A stretch of DNA of 64,000 bases from an uncultured Nitrospiraceae bacterium (GCA_963706325.1 CAVPLT010000004.1:256001-320000); one strand, 5' to 3'; counted from the stretch's first letter, positions 20,995 through 30,354 are shown. A program made the numbers and translations. Notes: a model not told the origin generated them from the letters alone.

Positions 20995-21920
20995 GGTGAT
21001 GTCTCAGGCCCCGCTTTCTGCGCGACTAACCGCGCGGTATAGGACGGTCCACTGCCATGGCCTCCGTCATGTTCACCTTCGTCGTAGTGGAGTATCCGCA
21101 AGGGAGAAGTCAGGCGGAGCAATTCATTGTGGGCCAGACAAAATTCCCAACGGCGCGGATGCTGATGGCGGAAGTAATTATCGATGGTAAACGTTTCGTA
21201 GAGAAGCACTCCATTCGGTTTCAGTGCGTCCATCAGCGCAGGAAACAACGGACGATGCAAATAGAAGAACACGATTATGGCATCGTAACAGTCTAGCCCT
21301 AAACTAGGGGGACGCTCCGTGGTTGGCTCTAAGTCCACGACTCGCGTGGTGAGCCCGGGGAGATGTCGAGTGTGAGCGGCAGCCTCCAACTCGGCCAGGG
21401 CCTCTGGGTCTCTGTCGATGGCTTCGACCTGCATGCCGTGAGACAGGAGATGAAGCGTATGGCGGCCACGGCCGGCCGCCAGATCGAGGATCTTGCCTTT
21501 GGGCAGTCGTCCAAGTTGTTGTGCCAGAAACGGTGCAGGCCTTGGTCCCGCATGGTGCATTGCGCGCGTTCGTTCGAATCGGACGCCGACCGAGCCGGCG
21601 ACCATGCCGAGGGGGGCGTGAAGTTTGCGTATCCAGATGCGGACTCGATCTACGGGAAACTCTGCAAACATCATCCCGAGGAGCTGTTCTGCCAACGCCT
21701 CCAACAATCTGCACTCCAGCGAGGTTCCGAGAGCCACGAGGCGCTTCGCCACCTGAGCATAGTCGATCGTCTCATCGAGTCGATCCGACAAGGCGGCGGG
21801 TTCTACCGATGCCTCTAACTCCAGGTCTACGGCTATGAGTTGCGCCTTCCGGCGTTCTTCGTCCGTCACTCCGCAGTGGCCGTAGAATTCCAGGCGTTCA
21901 ATGAAGATGCGCTCTGCCAT
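20991..21920 (-). CDS. folB: Dihydroneopterin aldolase fused to a class I SAM methyltransferase (TehB-like)
   Basis: N-terminal FYGHCGVTDEER, TIDY, LLEALAE, RKLHAP; C-terminal ILDLAAGRGRH, YLHRPL, LKPNGVLLYETF. Confidence 0.88.
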   Translation of the reverse strand: MAERIFIERLEFYGHCGVTDEERRKAQLIAVDLELEASVEPAALSDRLDETIDYAQVAKRLVALGTSLECRLLEALAEQLLGMMFAEFPVDRVRIWIRKLHAPLGMVAGSVGVRFERTRAMHHAGPRPAPFLAQQLGRLPKGKILDLAAGRGRHTLHLLSHGMQVEAIDRDPEALAELEAAAHTRHLPGLTTRVVDLEPTTERPPSLGLDCYDAIIVFFYLHRPLFPALMDALKPNGVLLYETFTIDNYFRHQHPRRWEFCLAHNELLRLTSPLRILHYDEGEHDGGHGSGPSYTARLVAQKAGPETSP

Positions 21921-21926
21921 GGCGGC

Positions 21927-21956
21927 ATTGTCGTGGATGGCCTTTCAGGCTGTCAA
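21927..21956 (-). promoter_or_regulatory. Candidate sigma70 promoter, probably giving a leaderless folB-fusion mRNA
   Basis: TTGACA-N18-GACAAT, ending 6 nt before the ATG; no SD. Confidence 0.5.
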
Positions 21957-22267
21957 GCAAGGGGAAGGAGGGAGGGCGATCTATGGATCCGGCTCACTGC
22001 TTCCCCGGCGTGCGAAGAACTGACGCGCAGCATTCTTCGCGTCGAGCACTTTGTACAACGCGCGGTTTCAGAAGACCCTTGTTGGACGCGCGCAGGGAGA
22101 GATCAATCAGGGCACCTTCGGGTGAGTGACGTGGCGAGGTCAGCCTTTGAGGGAGAAAGTTTACAAGCAGAGAGAAATTAGAGTGTGAGGCCGTGGCAAC
22201 TCAGGATACTGGGCGGACTTTTGCGCGATTGAATGTCACATGGGAGCCGTTCGGACTCGGGCTCGGC

Positions 22268-22813
22268 TCAACGGTTCGGCCATGGCGCATGCCGCTTCAA
22301 TCCTGACAACAAGGCTGACAGGAGGTGCCTAGGCAGCGGCACGCAGGGCCATACATCACACAGACGTGTGAATGGTTGCCATACCCGTTGCACCGACAGA
22401 GGTATCGTCTGTGTTGAAATGTGATCACCGAGTTTGTGAGCGAGCCGGCGCGCCCTGGCACTTAACAACTCGATGACCTGTTTGGCTGTGCAGCCGGCCT
22501 CTTGGTTGAGCTGAAGGTAGCTCAATTCCGCCTTGTACACCCTCCGCTTCCGCCATGCCTGAGTCAGTCCCACAGCGGCCACGACGGTGAGAAGAACTGG
22601 ATTCGGCGGGATGGAGAACAACCATCGCCACCATTCGTAAAGGGCGACGACGGCAAGGCATGTTGGTAATGCGAGGAAATCAGCCCATTGGTATCGAAGC
22701 AGGCGCAAGCGTTCTTCCGCTGACTGACCCGGGGATCCCAACGGCTTCATTTGAAGAGGCGTGCGACGGTTTTTCGAATTGAATAATCGCGCCGGCCGGA
22801 ACATTGCGGACAC
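22268..22813 (-). CDS. Two-TM hypothetical protein resembling the N-terminus of NERD-domain proteins (nuclease domain absent)
   Basis: PLQMKPLGSPGQS...YEWWRW...PPNP; AGGAGG SD. Confidence 0.5.
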   Translation of the reverse strand: MSAMFRPARLFNSKNRRTPLQMKPLGSPGQSAEERLRLLRYQWADFLALPTCLAVVALYEWWRWLFSIPPNPVLLTVVAAVGLTQAWRKRRVYKAELSYLQLNQEAGCTAKQVIELLSARARRLAHKLGDHISTQTIPLSVQRVWQPFTRLCDVWPCVPLPRHLLSALLSGLKRHAPWPNR

Positions 22814-23046
22814 CTCCTGCTCTGAGCTTCGCGAACGTCAGGAGGCATTGTAAGTCAGGCCGGTTCATTGGAACAGAAAAGACAGATTTTTTGCAGCGCT
22901 CGTCCGATGTTTGAGTCAGAGGTGGCGCGCCGGTTTGTGCGGATTTTCGTACCCTATTCCATTTGCGCATGATTACGTGTATGAACGTGGAGCAATGATT
23001 TGTATGATCAGAGGCTCACTCACTCAACTATCGCAGGAGGCAGCTT

Positions 23047-23145
23047 ATGGCGAAGGGCATGCAACAGAAGAAGTCGGCCAAGAAGAAACCCGCCAAGACG
23101 CTCATGGAAAAACGTGCTGAAAAAAACGCGAAGAAGAGCCGCTAA
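23047..23145 (+). CDS. 32-aa Lys-rich small basic protein MAKGMQQKKSAKKKPAKTLMEKRAEKNAKKSR
   Basis: Manual translation; AGGAGG SD upstream; below the ORF-track size cutoff. Confidence 0.8.
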   Translation: MAKGMQQKKSAKKKPAKTLMEKRAEKNAKKSR

Positions 23146-23381
23146 CTCGGCAGCCGACGGACATCCCGTCATCACCTGCGTCCCGAGCTCACGGCGGGGT
23201 TTATGCCGTGCTCGGAATGCAGATTGATGGCGGTGAGCTCACGGAGTGGGGTCGTGGACATGCCGACTCGCGGGACGCGCATGTATGGCTAGGACACGCG
23301 AAAGAAGGAGCGGGGGAGCATCGGTAGTGTAGGCGGCAAGGTATACGTATTACCGGCCCCAGGCCAGGCTGCGAGAGAAGC

Positions 23382-23900
23382 TCATCGTATTTTTTTCAAG
23401 AGGCCCTCGGCGACCGTCGAATTTGGATCGCCGCCCACGATCATATCCTTATCGCCGAAGTGAGAGTTCGATCGGGTCGTCACCCGCATGTTCAACCCCC
23501 CCGGCGCGAGAGTGTATTCGAAGAGGGCGACTTCCTGCCGCTGATCCATATAGCCCTGGCTCGCACGTTCAAAGGAGCCAGCGATTCCCACGGACAGCCG
23601 GTTCGTTTCATTTTCGAACGTCTTCACCACCATTCGTTGCACACCACCGCCCCGAGGTACGTATTCCACCATTTGCCCGATGTGCGACAATTCTACCTGC
23701 CGCGCGACACCTTTATTGTTCGTATAGGAATAGAGCGGGAAGCCCTGCGGACTAAAATCGACTTGGACTTCGGCCTGACTGCCGTCGGAGCTGGCGAGGA
23801 TGCCTTTCCATCCGCCGGTCAAATCCGCAGCGCCCACGGTGACAACCATCATCAGCAGGCACAGCGTCGTCAAGGCACCCGTACGCCCAGTAGCAGTCAT
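23382..23900 (-). CDS. Hypothetical secreted beta-rich protein
   Basis: Signal-peptide-like N-terminus then ADLTGGWKG; GAGGGG SD before ATG 23900. Confidence 0.7.
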   Translation of the reverse strand: MTATGRTGALTTLCLLMMVVTVGAADLTGGWKGILASSDGSQAEVQVDFSPQGFPLYSYTNNKGVARQVELSHIGQMVEYVPRGGGVQRMVVKTFENETNRLSVGIAGSFERASQGYMDQRQEVALFEYTLAPGGLNMRVTTRSNSHFGDKDMIVGGDPNSTVAEGLLKKIR

Positions 23901-23916
23901 GAACGCCCCCTCGCAG

Positions 23917-24093
23917 TTATTCCAGGCTCTTTGCCTCGAAGCTTTGAATGACCTCATCCTCAGCGGTATAGCTGATTTCAAGTGGATTGCAGCAGACCTC
24001 GCAGTCTTCGACGTAGGTGTGATGGCGCACCGAGAGGTCTAAGACCATTGAGATCTCTGCGCCGCAGGAAGGACAGGCAAAGAAGTGTTCCAC
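23917..24093 (-). CDS. CPXCG-motif cysteine-rich zinc-ribbon small protein (58 aa)
   Basis: Manual translation from GTG: MEHFFACPSCGAEISMVLDLSVRHHTYVEDCEVCCNPLEISYTAEDEVIQSFEAKSLE. Confidence 0.88.
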   Translation of the reverse strand: MEHFFACPSCGAEISMVLDLSVRHHTYVEDCEVCCNPLEISYTAEDEVIQSFEAKSLE

Positions 24094-24176
24094 AGCAGGG
24101 AGAGCCTACTGCAACCATCGGTGCGATGCAAACGTTCGACTGTGCCAGCCGGGCTTGTTCGACCATACGCCGGCCT

Positions 24177-25088
24177 CTACACCTTGAAGGGCTGTTGTCG
24201 GGCAAAGCGAGCCGCGGTTCCCAGCGTGAAAAGATTCGGTGTCTGGCTGGCCGGTAGCCCCGCCTTGATGGCGGCGTGGAACTTTGCGTAATTCCCGCGG
24301 TAGCCACCGTGATTCCACACCTTTAGCAATTGTTCCGTGAACGCGCCGTTGTGGTCGCCGTCCATGGAGGTCTGATTGTCCTGACAACCCGAGATCAGGA
24401 TCACCGACGGCTTAAACTGTTTTGCGATCGCAGTCAGCCGCGGGCTCACCGCAATGTGAGCGAGCATGCTGTCCGGGTCCGGGGCGGAGACTTTTCCCGC
24501 GGCTTCTGCCACGTCTCGTTGCACCTTGTCATAGAAGGTCTGATGCTCGCGATAGGTGCGGATGCCGACGGCAAGAGGCATCATTTTTGAGCGTCCGGTC
24601 GACAGGCCGCCGTCGCGTTGGGGGGGCATGGCACGAGTCACGGTGCCGCTATGGCAACTATCGGAAAGAACCAGGATTCGCACACCGGATGCGAAGCGGC
24701 TCAATTCGAAGTACAACTCGTCGTCGATGAGCTGGCCGTCGTAGAGACACCATGTTTCGTCCTGTTTATCTGCTTCCTCCCCCGTTACGTCGGGCACCTG
24801 GCCGCCGTGACCCGAATAGGTGAGGAAGAACAGGTCGCCGCTCACCAACCGCTTGGCCGCCTGTCGCATCGCGGCCAGTACATGGGCGCGTGTGCCTTTT
24901 TTGGTCAGCAGCAGGGTAGATTTCATGCTGCCAGAGTTCGCAACTGCCGCCATATCTTTCGCATCAAACTCACAGGCCGCGAGCGGGCCATCCCAGCCGC
25001 CGTATGCGGCCGGGCTCACTGCATTCAGGCCAATATGCAATGAAATGGCCTTGGCTTTGCTGGTCGAGGACGGACTGGTTTTTGACAT
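24177..25088 (-). CDS. Caspase-family (peptidase C14) metacaspase
   Basis: YSGHGGQ His, SDSCHSG Cys, [20 protein letters not shown]. Confidence 0.92.
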   Translation of the reverse strand: MSKTSPSSTSKAKAISLHIGLNAVSPAAYGGWDGPLAACEFDAKDMAAVANSGSMKSTLLLTKKGTRAHVLAAMRQAAKRLVSGDLFFLTYSGHGGQVPDVTGEEADKQDETWCLYDGQLIDDELYFELSRFASGVRILVLSDSCHSGTVTRAMPPQRDGGLSTGRSKMMPLAVGIRTYREHQTFYDKVQRDVAEAAGKVSAPDPDSMLAHIAVSPRLTAIAKQFKPSVILISGCQDNQTSMDGDHNGAFTEQLLKVWNHGGYRGNYAKFHAAIKAGLPASQTPNLFTLGTAARFARQQPFKV

Positions 25089-25275
25089 GCGTATCTCCTT
25101 GGGAGGGCGGGGACCCGCGCGGATGACAAGATCCAGAGCTTATAAGACGGGGATACCGTAATCTGTAGGGAGAAATCTGTCAACGGAGAGCCTGAGTTAA
25201 TGCTGGTACTTCACCGTGATTTGCGTAGTATCTGCGCGATGCCGCATGGTGTGCGTCTTAGGTGGAGTCTATACC

Positions 25276-25425
25276 CTAAGGTTCTTCGTCTTCGACATCC
25301 TCAATGGACTGCTGAAGCGCTGCCACGAACGCCACCGGGTCAGCCAAGTCGCTCTCTCTCAGTTGGAATTCGGAAACCAGCACACCATCTTTGTCGACCA
25401 CGATCAAACGGTACCCCTGTTTCAC
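25276..25425 (-). CDS. 49-aa small acidic hypothetical protein
   Basis: Manual translation from GTG: MKQGYRLIVVDKDGVLVSEFQLRESDLADPVAFVAALQQSIEDVEDEEP; GAGGAG SD. Confidence 0.7.
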   Translation of the reverse strand: MKQGYRLIVVDKDGVLVSEFQLRESDLADPVAFVAALQQSIEDVEDEEP

Positions 25426-25624
25426 GTTCACTCCTCTTGTGCTTCAGTGCGACATCAGCTCGTAGCTATGACTCCTCACGCTCGACTGATGGGGATTCGT
25501 ATCGGGAGAATACGCCGTTGCGGTGGATGGAGACAACCCACGATGCCTCACTACCTGTTATCTTGATGTGGCTGGGTCTTCCGAGGAGTCGCTGTGTGAC
25601 CCGGACTCGACGGTCCCGCATGGC

Positions 25625-25654
25625 TTGACTCCCATTTTCCCCGGCTCCTATAAT
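25625..25654 (+). promoter_or_regulatory. Candidate sigma70 promoter of moaCDEA
   Basis: TTGACT-N18-TATAAT. Confidence 0.65.
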
Positions 25655-25696
25655 TCGGCGATCCGGCCTCGGCAACCATCTGATTTGACTTAGAGA

Positions 25697-26191
25697 ATGG
25701 CTGAATTTACGCATTTTAATGAGTCGGGGCGGGCACGGATGGTCGACGTCGGGGCGAAGGCCTCGACCGAGCGTCTTGCGACCGCGCAAGCGACGGTATT
25801 TCTTCAGCCGGACACCCTGGAAAAGATTCAACATGGAAAAATCGCCAAGGGAGATGTCTTGGCTGTAGCTCAGGTCGCCGGGGTCATGGGGGCCAAGAAG
25901 ACGCCGGACCTCATTCCGATGTGTCATCCCATTCTGCTGACCAGCGTGGATATTTCATTCAAAGAAGCATCTCAACCGGATCGTGATGGGCGTTGCTCGA
26001 TCACGATTACGGCGACGGCCAAGACCACCGGACCGACCGGAGTGGAAATGGAAGCCATGACGGCCGCTTCCGTGGCCGCATTGACCATCTATGATATGTG
26101 CAAGGCGGTGGACCGGGGTATGAGCTTCGGCGACATCTGCCTCCTGTCGAAATCAGGCGGGAAATCCGGCACCTATATGCGTCCAGCTTAA
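25697..26191 (+). CDS. moaC: Cyclic pyranopterin monophosphate synthase accessory protein MoaC
   Basis: MVDV, KGDVL, LIPMCHP, GVEMEA, YDMCKA, KSGGKSG. Confidence 0.97.
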   Translation: MAEFTHFNESGRARMVDVGAKASTERLATAQATVFLQPDTLEKIQHGKIAKGDVLAVAQVAGVMGAKKTPDLIPMCHPILLTSVDISFKEASQPDRDGRCSITITATAKTTGPTGVEMEAMTAASVAALTIYDMCKAVDRGMSFGDICLLSKSGGKSGTYMRPA

Positions 26192-26238
26192 GCCGATCAT
26201 GAGAGGTTTTTTACGGGCAGAGAAGGTGGAGTCCTGAT

Positions 26239-26496
26239 ATGGTGACGGTGCGACTCTTCGGCATGACGAAGCTGCTGGCGGGGAATCAGGGAACGCTGTC
26301 CCTGGCCCTTCATGGTGGAAATCGGGTCAAGGACCTGATCGCCGTGATCGAATCCACCTATCCACAGATCGGCGAATTGCTGCACAAGAAAAAGGTGCTT
26401 GTGTCGGTCAATCAGGACATTGCGCACGAGGATCTTGAAGTCAAAGACGGGGACGAAATTGCGCTGCTGCCTCCCTTTGCGGGCGGAAGCCGATAG
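26239..26496 (+). CDS. moaD: MoaD sulfur carrier (ends GG-SR)
   Basis: VSVNQ...DGDEIALLPPFAGG. Confidence 0.92.
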   Translation: MVTVRLFGMTKLLAGNQGTLSLALHGGNRVKDLIAVIESTYPQIGELLHKKKVLVSVNQDIAHEDLEVKDGDEIALLPPFAGGSR

Positions 26497-26505
26497 GAGC
26501 GACCG

Positions 26506-26979
26506 ATGAGCTTCGAACAGGTTATCAAGGCTGATCTTCCTCTCGTGGACGATGACGCGATGTTGGTTCGCGTCCAACGGGAAGATTTCTCGATCGACGA
26601 GGAGCTTCGACGGGTGCGCCAGCGCTCCAAGAGGATCGGTGGTATTGCCATGTTCCTGGGCACGGCCCGCGACCGCTCGAAGGGCAAGGATGTGGATAGC
26701 ATCACCTTTGAACATTACGAAGGCATGGCGCAGAAGAAGTTGCGCGAGATTCGCGCGCGCGCGTTGAAGGATTTTGACGTCATCGAAATGCTCGTGTTGC
26801 ATCGGTATGGCGAGATCGGTATCGGAGACAACATCGTCTTGATCATCGCGGGCGCCGAGCATCGGGCTGAGGCTTTTCAGGCCTGCAAGTGGGCCATCGA
26901 CGAACTGAAGCAAATTACTCCGATTTGGAAACTCGAACATACTCCCGAAGGGGAGGTGTGGGTCGAGGAGCACCCATAG
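26506..26979 (+). CDS. moaE: Molybdopterin synthase catalytic subunit
   Basis: GGIAMFLG, EHYEGMA, HRYG, HRAEAF, DELKQITPIWKLE. Confidence 0.95.
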   Translation: MSFEQVIKADLPLVDDDAMLVRVQREDFSIDEELRRVRQRSKRIGGIAMFLGTARDRSKGKDVDSITFEHYEGMAQKKLREIRARALKDFDVIEMLVLHRYGEIGIGDNIVLIIAGAEHRAEAFQACKWAIDELKQITPIWKLEHTPEGEVWVEEHP

Positions 26980-27031
26980 CCCCCTCAGGGGTGAGTAGTA
27001 GGGAGTAGGAGGCAGTTGCCTTCGAGTCACT

Positions 27032-28096
27032 ATGGATCACACCACGCTTGATACGCCCACTCCTACGATCCACGACCGGTTGGGGCGCCCACTCCGTAGT
27101 TTGCGTCTCTCCGTTACAGACCGCTGCAACCTCCGGTGCAAGTACTGCATGCCCGAGGACGACTACGCCTGGCTGCCGCGGGATACCATCCTGACATTCG
27201 AGGAGATGGCAGAACTGACGGCGGTCTTCACCGAGTTGGGTGTCGACAAGGTGAGGCTGACGGGCGGGGAACCGCTGCTACGCCGGGACCTGCCGCGTTT
27301 TGTGCGACAGCTGTCCGAGAATCGCCGGATTACCGAAATCGCTTTGACCAGCAACGGCGTGCTCATGGCTGACCAAGCCGCCGATCTGTCGTTTGCGGGG
27401 TTGAATCGCGTGACGATCAGTCTGGATACGCTGCGCCCGGACCGATTTCGCGCGTTAACGAAGCGTGACCTACACCACCAAGTGTTCGATGGCATCAAGG
27501 CCGTGGTGCAAGCCGGATTTCCCTCCCTGAAATTCGACACCGTTGTGATGAAAGGCTACAACGACGACGAACTCATCGATCTCATCGAATACGCGAAGAC
27601 CGTCGGCGGCGAAGTACGGTTCATTGAGTATATGGATGTAGGCGGCGCTACCAATTGGTCCATGGGGAAGGTGCTGTCGCGAGCGGAGATGCTGGATCAT
27701 ATAAGCCGGCATTATGGCGAGGTCAAGCCGATCGTTGAGAACTCGGTCGCACCGGCTGAACGCTTCGTCCTCCCCGATGGCACGAGCTTCGGCATCATTC
27801 CTTCGACTACGACGCCGTTCTGTCGTTCCTGTGATCGCAGCCGGCTTACGGCCGATGGGATGTGGTATCTCTGTTTGTACGCCAAGGACGGTCTCGACCT
27901 GCGAGCCCCGCTACGGGCGGGCCGCACCCGCAATGAACTGAAGGCCCTGATCAGCGAGGCCTGGCAAGGGCGGGCAGACCGGGGGGCCGAGGAACGAAAA
28001 GCCTTGGAAGTGCTGGGATTGCGGGAACAACGACTCATTGAGATCAACCGCCTCCGTGAAGATCCCCACCTGGAAATGCATGCGCGAGGAGGATGA
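27032..28096 (+). CDS. moaA: GTP 3',8-cyclase (radical SAM)
   Basis: LSVTDRCNLRCKYC, TGGEP, FCRSCDR...LCL, C-terminal GG. Confidence 0.97.
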   Translation: MDHTTLDTPTPTIHDRLGRPLRSLRLSVTDRCNLRCKYCMPEDDYAWLPRDTILTFEEMAELTAVFTELGVDKVRLTGGEPLLRRDLPRFVRQLSENRRITEIALTSNGVLMADQAADLSFAGLNRVTISLDTLRPDRFRALTKRDLHHQVFDGIKAVVQAGFPSLKFDTVVMKGYNDDELIDLIEYAKTVGGEVRFIEYMDVGGATNWSMGKVLSRAEMLDHISRHYGEVKPIVENSVAPAERFVLPDGTSFGIIPSTTTPFCRSCDRSRLTADGMWYLCLYAKDGLDLRAPLRAGRTRNELKALISEAWQGRADRGAEERKALEVLGLREQRLIEINRLREDPHLEMHARGG

Positions 28097-28157
28097 CCGT
28101 CAGTTCGTCCTGCTCCAAGTACCGGATCGGTCACCCATCAATCTCCCGGAGCAGTAA

Positions 28158-28865
28158 ATGTTCGATCCTCATACCCTGACAATTTTGGGACTTGGATTCG
28201 TGCTGGGGTTGCGTCATGCCTTGGACGCGGACCATCTTGCCGCGCTGTCGACAGTCTTGGCCGAACGTCCCACGGTGCAGGCCTCCGCCACCATCGGATT
28301 TTTTTGGGGACTTGGGCACACGCTCATGCTGCTCTGTGTCGGGATCGCGCTCTTGGCGCTCAATCTGACGATTCCAGAAACCCTGGCCTCTCTCTTTGAA
28401 TTTGCTGTGGGAGTCATGTTAGTGGGTCTCGGGCTTTTACTGGCTCGCCGAATGTATCGGGAGCAATGGCATCTCCATGCGCATGACCATGAGGGGCATC
28501 CCCATGTACATCTGCACAGTCATCATCTTCAGCCGGATCACGCTCACGGACATTGGTATCAAGGGTCGCTGCGTCCGCTCCTGATCGGCATGGTGCATGG
28601 GTTGGCGGGATCTGCGGCGCTCATGTTGATCGTGCTTTCCACGGCGACGGGGATTGGTCAGGGGATTGGGTATATTGTGATATTTGGGGTCGGATCGATT
28701 CTCGGCATGGTCGGTGTCGGGGCCGTGCTCAGTCTGCCGGTCGTCTACTCCGTCACAGTGGGACAGAGGGCCTATTGGATGGTGCAAGGAGTGGCCTGCC
28801 TTGCGAGCATCGGGTTGGGACTTTTGATGATGGTGCGCATCGGGTTGGGCAGTGGATGGGCGTAA
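28158..28865 (+). CDS. NiCoT/UreH-like His-rich membrane metal transporter
   Basis: GLRHALDADH, WGLGH, His-rich loop, GMVHGLAGSA. Confidence 0.85.
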   Translation: MFDPHTLTILGLGFVLGLRHALDADHLAALSTVLAERPTVQASATIGFFWGLGHTLMLLCVGIALLALNLTIPETLASLFEFAVGVMLVGLGLLLARRMYREQWHLHAHDHEGHPHVHLHSHHLQPDHAHGHWYQGSLRPLLIGMVHGLAGSAALMLIVLSTATGIGQGIGYIVIFGVGSILGMVGVGAVLSLPVVYSVTVGQRAYWMVQGVACLASIGLGLLMMVRIGLGSGWA

Positions 28866-29489
28866 GCCGATCGACCTCTTGTGTATCGGCGTCTCTGTGG
28901 AATCCGTGGTCTGACGGTCTCCTCTGTCAGGCGCATGCGTTCGGTCTGTAGTCACGCAACCCTGCAAATCTGTGTGCGCCTTCCCAAGAGGTATGCTATT
29001 CTCCCGCGCAGCAGCTGTCGCATCCACAAGAGTGTGAGGCAGGGCCTAGGCTCGCAGATATTCCTGAGAAGCCGTGGCTATGAATAGTCGCGTGCTAGAT
29101 TGTTCTGACTCTGGGCAGTTGGTGATTGGGTGAAATGGTTCGATTCAGTGTGGCACCTGCGGGTTGTTGGTCAATGACCGCGTGGTGGTTGATGCCGACA
29201 GAGTTGGGTCGAAGTGACGCCTTGAGGAGCAGCGGCGTATTCGAGTGGTCTCATTGACCCACCTCCATTTCATTCATAGTCCCGAGTTTCCGCCGCCGGC
29301 CGATAACCTGGTCGGTGAGATTGATGAGCCGTCGTCATTGCTCTCATTCCCAAGATTTTGAACAGGTATATGCCCACCATCTCAAACCTCGATTTCGCGA
29401 ACGGATCAGGCAGGAACTCGGGCAATTGGACATTCCATATTTGACCGCGTTCGAAGAGGGCCGCGCCCTTCCACTATAGGTGACCACAG

Positions 29490-30326
29490 ATGGCTTGGTT
29501 TAAAAAAGGGAAGACAGACGAGGCAGAGCCTCCCAAACGCTCCAAGGTGGCGGAGGGGATGTGGCTGAAGTGCAATCACTGCCGGGAGATCGTCTATCGC
29601 AAGGAGGTGGACCGCAACAACAAGGTCTGCCCCAAGTGTGACTATCACTTCCCCATCTCGGTCATCGAACGCATCAACCTATTGGTTGATCTCGGGACTT
29701 TCAAAGAGTGGGACGCCGGCCTGGAGCCTCAAGACCCTCTCCTCTTTCACGACACTCGCTCGTATAAGGATCGGATCAAAGCCCAACAGGAGAAGACCGG
29801 ACGGAAAGATGCCATGGTCATTGGCCAGGGGGCGATCAATGGACGCAAGGTGGCGCTATGCGTTTTTGACTTTGGATTCATGGGCGGGAGCATGGGATCG
29901 GTCGTGGGGGAGAAAATCTGTCGCGCTGTCGATCGAGCGTTGGAGGGGCGATTGCCCTTGATCCTCGTGACGGCTTCAGGAGGAGCGCGCATGCAGGAGG
30001 GCATTCTGTCACTGATGCAAATGGCGAAAACGTCTGCTGCGGTGGCGAAATTAGGAGAGGCGAAGCTTCCGTTCGTCTCGATTTTGGCCGATCCCACCTT
30101 CGGCGGAGTCACGGCGAGTATTGCCATGCTCGGGGATGTCATCATCGCGGAACCGAAAGCGTTGATTGGATTCGCCGGCCCGCGCGTTATCGAACAGACC
30201 ATCAAGCAACAATTGCCCGATCAGTTTCAACGAGCCGAGTTTTTGCTCGATCATGGAATGATCGATATGATCGTCGAGCGGAAACAATTGAAAGAAGCGG
30301 TGAGCACATTAGTGGGTCACTTTTAG
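29490..30326 (+). CDS. accD: Acetyl-CoA carboxylase carboxyltransferase beta subunit
   Basis: Zn finger [36 protein letters not shown]. Confidence 0.97.
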   Translation: MAWFKKGKTDEAEPPKRSKVAEGMWLKCNHCREIVYRKEVDRNNKVCPKCDYHFPISVIERINLLVDLGTFKEWDAGLEPQDPLLFHDTRSYKDRIKAQQEKTGRKDAMVIGQGAINGRKVALCVFDFGFMGGSMGSVVGEKICRAVDRALEGRLPLILVTASGGARMQEGILSLMQMAKTSAAVAKLGEAKLPFVSILADPTFGGVTASIAMLGDVIIAEPKALIGFAGPRVIEQTIKQQLPDQFQRAEFLLDHGMIDMIVERKQLKEAVSTLVGHF

Positions 30327-30354
30327 GTCGAATGCCCTTCCCCGGATTGCCACG

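Noticed and set aside
25430..25696. Moco riboswitch upstream of moaC
   Set aside because: The candidate promoter leaves only about 35 nt of leader, and no motif resemblance was seen.
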